Of a stretch of DNA of 53,177 bases, positions 46,009 to 53,177 are shown in pieces; within the stretch, counting starts at the first letter, position 1; every line of letters begins with the position of its first letter. A model generated the notes under the pieces. The model was given only the letters and a program-made list of their open reading frames with translations, had not been told where the DNA came from and made no database searches. The position numbers were made by a program, and so were the translations under genes. Source of the DNA: a virus (lineage: Duplodnaviria > Caudoviricetes); the IMG/VR virus record IMGVR_UViG_3300020185_000063, positions 1 to 53,177 of that record; one strand, 5' to 3'.

Positions 46009-47454
46009 TTACACACAATAATCAAATTTACTTGTATCTGGATTATAAGATACGCATTGTCTATTCTTACGATATGTAACAAATTGGTCACCAGTGTTAC
46101 TAAACTGTGTACCACCAATACCAATCCAAAACGCACCTGCAGAATACTCTGTGCATGAATCATAACCATCAGTAACTATAACTGAATTGTTACCATTCTC
46201 ACGTATTTTCTGAACCACTTTATTAAAGTTAGTTCCACCAGATTTAGAGAAACTCAATATTGAGATTTCATTAACATTATTAATCTCATACAGAGATCCA
46301 TCAAAGAAATAAAGGTTTTCAATCATTCCCATTCTGTAAAGTATCATAGCAATACCTTTGGCAAGGTCAATCATTCTTAATGACTCTCCTTCAAATGTTG
46401 CATTAGAACTCATAGAACCAGAACAATCTAGGTATAGGTCTAACTTACCTTTGTATATTCTACTTTCATTACCAACGTTCATTAATTCTGTGTGTCTGAA
46501 CGCAGGGTGAAGTAAATGAAGATTAAATAAATCTTCACACTCTTCACAATCGAATATACTTTCCTCTATTGTTTTGAATTTTGCAGAAAAATAGTTCATA
46601 GATTCGTTAAGAATTTTCTCCAATACTATCTTGATGCTTTCTTTACTAATTGAAACAGATTTTAATCTATCTTTCAACTCATCAATTTGCTCAAGAAATT
46701 CTGGATCATTACTCATTAGGTCTTTCATTGCTTCTTTACCCAACTGATTCTCTAAATCTTTGATTCTATCATCTGCATTAGACTTAGCCTTCTCAATATT
46801 ATCTTCCGCATTGTCTAACGCTTTGTCAATAATATCTTGTAGGCTTTGTCTGTTGGAGCTACCAGATTCTTTTGATGCTCCTTTATCAGGTTCACCATCT
46901 TCACCTTTTTCAGGTTCTCCATCTCCATCACCATCTTCATCACCATCTCCAGGCATAACAGATTCTAATCCTCCCTCTTCACCTTCATCTCCATCTCCTT
47001 CATTATTTTGTTTCCTTTGCTCTTCTTTAATCTCGTCATCAACTTTCTGCAATGCTAACGCAAGTTCTCTAGTTAATATGTTAGTATAAAGTGGCGAGTC
47101 AACTGTAACAATCTTGGTTAAAGAGTCATATACTTTGTCCAACACTTGATGCCTAATAGTGTTGTTATCATTCTCAGGTCTTCTTTTAACATTTTCATTA
47201 ACGTAAATACTATATACGTCATTGATTAATTCCTGAGACAATGTAGACGGCTTACCCGTCTCTTTCTCTACATAGTCTAATACACCTTTGAGTCTATTTT
47301 CTTCATATTTAGTAACTCCAGGCATAACAACATGTTTATCTTTCCTAAATCCAAATATACCATTACCGGTATTTTTAAATCTACCATAAGGATCATAAGA
47401 AGGAGCTTTAATAGCTCCTCCTTTAGATCCAGACTTTCTAGAAAATAAACTCAT
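46009..47454 (-). CDS. VWA (MIDAS) domain protein, ViaA-like partner
   Basis: DCSGSM, GGTNF, VTDG motifs; acidic linker. Confidence 0.8.
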   Translation of the reverse strand: MSLFSRKSGSKGGAIKAPSYDPYGRFKNTGNGIFGFRKDKHVVMPGVTKYEENRLKGVLDYVEKETGKPSTLSQELINDVYSIYVNENVKRRPENDNNTIRHQVLDKVYDSLTKIVTVDSPLYTNILTRELALALQKVDDEIKEEQRKQNNEGDGDEGEEGGLESVMPGDGDEDGDGDGEPEKGEDGEPDKGASKESGSSNRQSLQDIIDKALDNAEDNIEKAKSNADDRIKDLENQLGKEAMKDLMSNDPEFLEQIDELKDRLKSVSISKESIKIVLEKILNESMNYFSAKFKTIEESIFDCEECEDLFNLHLLHPAFRHTELMNVGNESRIYKGKLDLYLDCSGSMSSNATFEGESLRMIDLAKGIAMILYRMGMIENLYFFDGSLYEINNVNEISILSFSKSGGTNFNKVVQKIRENGNNSVIVTDGYDSCTEYSAGAFWIGIGGTQFSNTGDQFVTYRKNRQCVSYNPDTSKFDYCV

Positions 47455-47455
47455 A

Positions 47456-48493
47456 TTAATTGAAAGTATTTAAAACTTCTGCTTCATCAATTTGCAAGAA
47501 ATCAAGTTTAGCCTCTTCTTCTGCTATACGCTTCTGAAGATCTTCTTCGTCAGCTTCAGTTAAGTGTCCAGATTTGCTTGCTTCATTATAAGCAAATTCA
47601 AGCTTATCGTACTTTTTGTTGTACTCATCGTTAGACACACACTCACCAATAGCATCAATTATGTCATAAAGATCACGAACTTCTTTTGGTACTAAGTTCT
47701 TAGCTAATTCCTTAGCTGAACTCTTATCGACTAAAAGTTCAGTAGTTTTTACTAAAGCTCTGTCTTCATTCATTTCCCATACTATCATCACATTCTTTAC
47801 CATTGTAGGCAAGAATGATAATGCTCTATCTGATAGTGTGGAGTGACAAATATCCAAAACTTTACGCAATTTGTCAGGATTAAGACTTATAGCCGCAATA
47901 TCTGCTTCTTCAGGTAAAGTTATATTGTGGTCTTGTTTAAATGATTTACCACCTTTTGCATAATAATTTAACATGTCAGAAGGACTTAATCTATTTACTT
48001 CGTGAGTAATTAAGAATCTATCCCAAAATGGTGAATCCACCTCATCTTCTGGAATGCTATTACATGTTGCGATAAAGTTTGTCCATTGGCAAGGTACTTT
48101 CTGCTTACCATTAAACAATACTCTTTCATTCATAATACCTAGCAAACTGTTTCTTAATGAAGCTGACGCTTTATCAATCTCATTAATCACAACAACCTTA
48201 GCAGTTGTTACTGGAGAGTCTAATTGGTATTTGTTATTAGTTACCAACTCTTCCATATCAATATTTCCTTTAACAGCAGTACTTTTAGTACCTTCATCTG
48301 TTTCTAATAGAAATAAGTCATCACCCTTTAATCTACCTAACGATGCTTTAGCAAAGTCAATTACTGCAGCAGTCTTAGCTACACCAGGAGGGCCAATTAA
48401 AAGAATAGGCGTGTTAATAGCCTCACCAAGAGCCATTACTTTGAATGTCTCTAGTTTTTTCATCAAATTTGTGTTGATTGTTCTTGTTATCAT
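47456..48493 (-). CDS. MoxR/RavA-like AAA+ ATPase
   Basis: Walker A GPPGVAKT, NEIDKAS...NSLL-x-IMNER, FWDRF; adjacent VWA gene. Confidence 0.8.
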   Translation of the reverse strand: MITRTINTNLMKKLETFKVMALGEAINTPILLIGPPGVAKTAAVIDFAKASLGRLKGDDLFLLETDEGTKSTAVKGNIDMEELVTNNKYQLDSPVTTAKVVVINEIDKASASLRNSLLGIMNERVLFNGKQKVPCQWTNFIATCNSIPEDEVDSPFWDRFLITHEVNRLSPSDMLNYYAKGGKSFKQDHNITLPEEADIAAISLNPDKLRKVLDICHSTLSDRALSFLPTMVKNVMIVWEMNEDRALVKTTELLVDKSSAKELAKNLVPKEVRDLYDIIDAIGECVSNDEYNKKYDKLEFAYNEASKSGHLTEADEEDLQKRIAEEEAKLDFLQIDEAEVLNTFN

Positions 48494-48515
48494 TTTCGAT
48501 TTAATTTAAAATATG

Positions 48516-49595
48516 TTATTGTTTTTGTTCTTGTTTTTGGATGTTACTCCGTTTTTCTTCTATAAGTCTCTTTATCAACCTTGCTAAAGAGTCTCTATCA
48601 AATTCTTCAATATAATCTGAAGGATCTTTAACTTGGCACCCATCGGGTATTTCAATCTGACGAAAGCCTGTCATTTCTGATAATTTTTGACCAGCTATCC
48701 TACCGTGATTAGTACTTTTATTAAAATCATTGTCATAAAGAATATATATTTCTTTAAACCTATTCCTAAGTTCATCAACTACACTTTCTTTAGGATTAAC
48801 ATGCTCACTTTGAAGTGAACAAGCTGTCAATAATTCAGATGGAAATAAACTTTTAATCACCATAGCATCTTTCCTGCTACTGCAAATTACAAGTATATTG
48901 CCTGTGTTAGGCATCTGAGTCCATAACTCCCAAGTAGAATAATCATTATTGTTTATCCATTTATCTTCCTTTTCAGCATAAGGCTGATAGATTTTAAATG
49001 TTTGTAAACCATCTTTTTCTTCTACAAAAGCATAAGCCTTTGAATGTGCTTCAGTACAATAGCCATTGACAAAATAATGAGATATTGGATATACATTACA
49101 GTACTCCAATTGCTCTTTATTTAATCCATATTTTTTGTACCAAAAGTTTTTATCTCTAAGTTTCCATTCTCTTCTTCTAACGCTAATTCTTAATCTCTCG
49201 TTAGGTTTTATTCTAGGTGTTTTTCTTTCAGGTATTTTTAATTTTGTGGAAGGAGCAGAAATAGAACCGGATGGTAATCTAAATTGATTTAATCCGAAAT
49301 CACCTGCTACTTTATTAAATGCATCTGTCTTTGTCGCGAGGTTAAATAACCTTTTAACAAATATGAAACAATCTCCAACTTCGCCTGTTGAAAAATCCTT
49401 GTAAAATAATTGACTATATTTATCACTTAAAAATAAACTAAATGAAGGATTAATGTCTTCTCTCAAAGGACTGCTTATGGGGTTAGTTGGCAAAAATCCT
49501 AAATAATATTCGAATACATCAACTTCAGAAATAATTCTCAAAATTTCATCACCTGTTGGCAATCTTTTATTAGGTTGTGCTTTTCCAAAACCCAT
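48516..49595 (-). CDS. DNA primase (crAss-like TOPRIM)
   Basis: SPLREDINPSF N-terminal domain, ICSSRKD, LYDND, KDPSD motifs. Confidence 0.75.
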   Translation of the reverse strand: MGFGKAQPNKRLPTGDEILRIISEVDVFEYYLGFLPTNPISSPLREDINPSFSLFLSDKYSQLFYKDFSTGEVGDCFIFVKRLFNLATKTDAFNKVAGDFGLNQFRLPSGSISAPSTKLKIPERKTPRIKPNERLRISVRRREWKLRDKNFWYKKYGLNKEQLEYCNVYPISHYFVNGYCTEAHSKAYAFVEEKDGLQTFKIYQPYAEKEDKWINNNDYSTWELWTQMPNTGNILVICSSRKDAMVIKSLFPSELLTACSLQSEHVNPKESVVDELRNRFKEIYILYDNDFNKSTNHGRIAGQKLSEMTGFRQIEIPDGCQVKDPSDYIEEFDRDSLARLIKRLIEEKRSNIQKQEQKQ

Positions 49596-49616
49596 ATTGT
49601 TGTGTTTTTAATTAAT

Positions 49617-49648
49617 AAAAAAAGAGGGCTGAAATTAACAGCCCTCTT
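49617..49648 (-). terminator. intrinsic terminator
   Basis: AAGAGGGCTG-N7-CAGCCCTCTT with U-tract on the minus strand. Confidence 0.8.
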
Positions 49649-49673
49649 ATTATCTATCTATCTGTGCTGAATA

Positions 49674-50612
49674 CTACTCAGCGTTTAACCAATCGTCATC
49701 TCCTGCTACAACTGCATCTCCAGATTCCTCTACTTGTGCAAAGATGTCTGTTTGATTAGTGTTGTCACTTGAAATAGCTGTTGGTGTAATTTGGTGCTCA
49801 CGAAAAGATAAATCTCTTGGCCCAAAGTCAACATTACCAAATGCACCTGCTGCTACTGCTTCATCTAAATCCTTAAGGATATATTTGAATTTAGTTGCTT
49901 TTGTGCTTGGTATAGAATACTGACGTAAAGTATGACGATTAAATGTAGCTTGCACTAATTTACCATCTCCTTTAGTTTTAACGCCTAAAAGGACTCCTAC
50001 TTTATTATTAGTAGAGCCTGTTACGTTACGCAATAAAGTTACATCTCCAGCAAAGATTTTAACCCACTCCTCTTTAGAGATTTTAGCATAACACTCTGAA
50101 GGATCATCAACCTTATCTAAGTTAAATGGAAGGTTTAATAAGTTCACTAAGAATGAGATTAATTCAACCTCACCTCTTTTAGCTACTTTTAATCCATCGG
50201 CATTATACCAGCTCATATTGTCTGGAATGTTCTTACTTTTAATAACTTCTTGAGTTAACCAAGTATCCTTACCGAAAGAATTAATAACTTTATACTTCCC
50301 TGTTTGAGATTTGTGATGTGTATCTGCTACATAGAACTGAATCTTTGTAGTTACCAAATCTTGTTCATTCTCAGCCTCATTAGATAAGAAGAAATCTAAT
50401 CTAATTTGTGGAACTTCACGCTCACCATCTCCATCAGAAACTTTAGTAGTTCCAATGTACTCTGGAGTGTAATTCAAATCTCTTCCATACATTGCTTCTA
50501 ACTCCTCTTTAGTAGGGTTAACACCTACTACTTTGAAGTTCTCTGCACCTGTGTACAATTTTCTTTGAGGTGAATCACCTACTTCTTGTCCTGCTCCGAA
50601 TCCGTTGCTCAT
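49674..50612 (-). CDS. putative single-stranded DNA-binding protein
   Basis: KLYTG...VVGVNPT-x-EEL N-terminus; acidic-aromatic tail DDDWL; replication-module context. Confidence 0.5.
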   Translation of the reverse strand: MSNGFGAGQEVGDSPQRKLYTGAENFKVVGVNPTKEELEAMYGRDLNYTPEYIGTTKVSDGDGEREVPQIRLDFFLSNEAENEQDLVTTKIQFYVADTHHKSQTGKYKVINSFGKDTWLTQEVIKSKNIPDNMSWYNADGLKVAKRGEVELISFLVNLLNLPFNLDKVDDPSECYAKISKEEWVKIFAGDVTLLRNVTGSTNNKVGVLLGVKTKGDGKLVQATFNRHTLRQYSIPSTKATKFKYILKDLDEAVAAGAFGNVDFGPRDLSFREHQITPTAISSDNTNQTDIFAQVEESGDAVVAGDDDWLNAE

Positions 50613-50675
50613 AATTTTAATTAATTTTTAATTTGTTACTTTAATTTTTTTTGTTTTTACTCAATTTAATGATTT

Positions 50676-51383
50676 CTACATCCAATCACTTTCAACTGCT
50701 AATGGTTGCTCTTTCTCAGCATATTCATTAGTTTCTGATTGTAATACTGGATTTTCTTCTTCAGCTCTAAGAACTTCATCTTTTACAGAATCATATAGTT
50801 CTTCTCCTGTCATAGTTCCCGCGTTGGTTTCTATCACTTCTTCATCCACAACTTCTGTTGCTGCTGCAACATCTGGTGTAGATAAGTCATCAGCACCTTG
50901 AGTTTCCTCAGTTAATGATCTTAATGCATAAGACTCAATAGATGTTGCTGGATCGAAAGATACTAATGCAAATTCTAAATTATCTGAATCGTCTCCTCCT
51001 AAGAAAGAAAAGATTTCTGTACACATGTGAGATGAAGTTACTGCCTTACCACGCTCTGATGTATCTTCTCCATAAGATACCTTATTTTTCGATGTCTTGT
51101 AAGTAACCATCTCGTCTGTTGCTCCTTGAATAGTAGCAACGTTTGCAATCAATACTTCTGCATCTACGTCAGCTCCTGGCTCTACGAATCCAAATACTAG
51201 ATTCTGTACATTTTTCTCCTCAAGAGATAATAGTTCAGCCGCAGCTGTATTGAAAAGGATTCTACGAGACTTTTTAGGGCCTTTCTGTCCTTCTACTGTT
51301 ACTACTGCTCTGCCTGGATGCTTCTCTGATGAAGTGTTTGATTGTGTTCCTCCTAATCTTTTTGTTCCAAATACAATGTTCAT
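50676..51383 (-). CDS. hypothetical protein with acidic tail
   Basis: 235 aa ending ESDWM. Confidence 0.6.
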   Translation of the reverse strand: MNIVFGTKRLGGTQSNTSSEKHPGRAVVTVEGQKGPKKSRRILFNTAAAELLSLEEKNVQNLVFGFVEPGADVDAEVLIANVATIQGATDEMVTYKTSKNKVSYGEDTSERGKAVTSSHMCTEIFSFLGGDDSDNLEFALVSFDPATSIESYALRSLTEETQGADDLSTPDVAAATEVVDEEVIETNAGTMTGEELYDSVKDEVLRAEEENPVLQSETNEYAEKEQPLAVESDWM

Positions 51384-51430
51384 TTTTACTCTGTTTTAAT
51401 TATTAATGTTTGAATTATTTTAACCTTTTA

Positions 51431-52126
51431 CTATCCTTCTTCATACTTGGTGATAGCATCCAAGACTGCCTGCATGTCATTATCAATGACAGGTGCATTA
51501 AACATTTCTGCTGGACTCTTTGCCATATTAGTTGTATTGTTCTGAGTCATAAACCCATAAGAAATGTCATTACCTTTCTTCTCAACAATAGTTTCTAATA
51601 TAACAGCAAACATTCCTTCTGGCTTAACTACATCCTGAACTAGCTTACCTCCCGGTACGCCAAATACAGTTCTGTCAACTCCATTGAATTGTTTAACTTC
51701 TGTGTGAGCCATAACTATTACAGTAAGATCCTCGCGTAATCCATCAATAGATTTCAATGTCTTGTAAACATTATCACCCATCTCAGTAAATTTAGTGTAA
51801 CCAACTGTTTTAGCTTTTTCCATGAATTCACCAATCATTGCATAAGTAATCGTATCGATTACAATTACATCAATGTCAGCTCTGTTCTTGCTAACAAAGT
51901 TCATAGCTCCTTTAATTTTCTCCCAATTAGTTGTCTTGAGATAATTACACGTATTAGGATCAAACATCCCTTTGTCATTCTTCATTATGTAATTCTTTCT
52001 CCATCCTCTAAAAGGTGGTGCTTTCTCATCTGGACAGATAATAAAAGTCTTTTTCGGGTCCAAAGTTCTTAATGAATAAGTTTTACCCGTTCCACTGTAA
52101 CCAGTGACTAATAGTTTGTTTGCCAT
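51431..52126 (-). CDS. AAA_24 / Sak4-like P-loop ATPase
   Basis: GYSGTGKT Walker A, IVIDT Walker B, AKSP motif. Confidence 0.75.
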   Translation of the reverse strand: MANKLLVTGYSGTGKTYSLRTLDPKKTFIICPDEKAPPFRGWRKNYIMKNDKGMFDPNTCNYLKTTNWEKIKGAMNFVSKNRADIDVIVIDTITYAMIGEFMEKAKTVGYTKFTEMGDNVYKTLKSIDGLREDLTVIVMAHTEVKQFNGVDRTVFGVPGGKLVQDVVKPEGMFAVILETIVEKKGNDISYGFMTQNNTTNMAKSPAEMFNAPVIDNDMQAVLDAITKYEEG

Positions 52127-52128
52127 TC

Positions 52129-52437
52129 TTAATTGTTGTTTAAATTGTTTATAGTTTGTTGATAAGCTTCCTGAAGAATATCCTTAGACATTAGAAAAGC
52201 TAGTTCTCTCATTGAGAAAGATTCTTCTAACTTCTTAGCTAATGTTGCTACTGGATTTTCTTGATCTGAATCTACAATCAGATTACTGAATAATTCCTCA
52301 TGTCTTTTTGCAAATCCCTCTTGGTCTGTAATACCACATGCCTCAAGGTCATTATCAAAATTCTTAGGATCGTAATCTGCTGTTTCAGATATTACATTCT
52401 GCTTACCTTCTTTTCTGTTGAAAAAATCTTTAGCCAT
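52129..52437 (-). CDS. hypothetical protein
   Basis: 102-aa ORF. Confidence 0.6.
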   Translation of the reverse strand: MAKDFFNRKEGKQNVISETADYDPKNFDNDLEACGITDQEGFAKRHEELFSNLIVDSDQENPVATLAKKLEESFSMRELAFLMSKDILQEAYQQTINNLNNN

Positions 52438-52630
52438 TTAATAGTTTTTTAATTTTTAATACCGTACTAGTTCTGTTAAAGATATTACTCCTGTTGACTA
52501 GAAGATTGATAGTAAATATTTTCCCTCTAAGTGATCCTACTTGATCATTTAAGATAGAATTAATATGCTCCAATTCTCCAACTCTCTGAAGTAATTCACT
52601 TTTGGTTTTACCTTTGCCTTTTTTTGCCAT
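52430..52630 (-). CDS. small coiled-coil protein
   Basis: 66 aa; similar to neighbour 52635-52955. Confidence 0.6.
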   Translation of the reverse strand: MAKKGKGKTKSELLQRVGELEHINSILNDQVGSLRGKIFTINLLVNRSNIFNRTSTVLKIKKLLNG

Positions 52631-52634
52631 TTTC

Positions 52635-52955
52635 TTATAAAATTTTTTTAATGTTTTTAATGATTCTTCGCCTGTTAAAGATAGTGTTTTCTTCTGAAAC
52701 TAACAAATAAATCTTAGACATTTTACCCTGTAAATCAACAAGTTCCGTAGAGCATTTAGCTGCTTTTCCAGTAATAGAATTATTCAATTCTAACGTCTCA
52801 ACTTGTAAATCCATAAGGTCACTAATACATTTATTTTTCTCAGCAATAGATTCTTCTAATTTAATTGTTTTCTCTTTAAGTTCTTCAACTTTATTTAATA
52901 AGAAAGTTTTACTCATTCCTTTACCTTTATTAGAGGATTTTTCTTGTTTATTCAT
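52635..52955 (-). CDS. coiled-coil protein
   Basis: 106 aa; similar to neighbour 52430-52630. Confidence 0.6.
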   Translation of the reverse strand: MNKQEKSSNKGKGMSKTFLLNKVEELKEKTIKLEESIAEKNKCISDLMDLQVETLELNNSITGKAAKCSTELVDLQGKMSKIYLLVSEENTIFNRRRIIKNIKKIL

Positions 52956-53177
52956 ACTTATTGTTTATTATTTTATAAATCTCATCCCATTCCGGTAATT
53001 CGGTAAGGCACTTATCATCGATGTATAGATCAGCAGATATCTTACGACAATCTGCACCATATTGCTCTATTATGTGAGGAAAATTGCAATTTATATAATG
53101 ATAAGGCACGTTGTTATTGTGTAACCAATTAATGGCTGTAGCTAAAGCTAAACCTTCTCTACATGTATTAATAACTA
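52948..53177 (-). CDS. HAD-superfamily (BT0820-like) phosphatase, 5' part outside window
   Basis: Manual translation VINTCREG...NWL...INCNFP...RKISADLYIDDK...W; stop overlaps the next start. Confidence 0.75.
   Translation of the reverse strand, partial: VINTCREGLALATAINWLHNNNVPYHYINCNFPHIIEQYGADCRKISADLYIDDKCLTELPEWDEIYKIINNKYE

Noticed and set aside
48516-49595. Inactivated primase (no CHC2 zinc ligands, Ser in place of TOPRIM Glu)
   Set aside because: To my recollection these deviations are usual in crAss-like primases; the DxD motif is intact
1-53177. tRNA genes, introns, integrase, diversity-generating retroelement
   Set aside because: No cloverleaf, reverse transcriptase, recombinase, homing endonuclease or template/variable repeat pair recognised; intergenic gaps are short

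Overview
This AT-rich 53 kb window is a fragment of a crAss-like phage genome (Crassvirales). Gene order and the 2148-aa DFDID-type polymerase resemble Cellulophaga phage phi14:2, and host-type TAnnTTTG promoters point to a Bacteroidota host. Bases 158-41256 on the + strand carry a lysis cassette, scaffold and major capsid protein, ring/hub/muzzle tail proteins and six large putative ejected 'cargo' proteins, including the virion RNA polymerase. Bases 41403-53177 on the - strand carry replication and repair genes: a PD-(D/E)XK nuclease, a spore-photoproduct-lyase-like radical SAM enzyme, a RusA-like resolvase, a MoxR/VWA pair, primase, an SSB-like protein, an AAA ATPase and a HAD phosphatase. 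The two blocks converge on a bidirectional terminator, and the standard genetic code fits throughout. Main leads: (1) the three giant cargo proteins have only four cysteines in about 5300 aa, all at adjoining termini, suggesting a head-to-tail linked chain; (2) a holin-position membrane protein is fused to a PAS sensor domain; (3) a recurring N-x-[FY]-x-x-G-G-x-[LI] motif separates modules in two cargo proteins; (4) the phage SP-lyase homologue has an unusual CX3CX4C motif; (5) a 29-bp tandem duplication splits a tail/adhesin gene; (6) an A12 tract lies upstream of a peptidoglycan hydrolase domain. All functional calls come from motif recognition and synteny; no searches were run.
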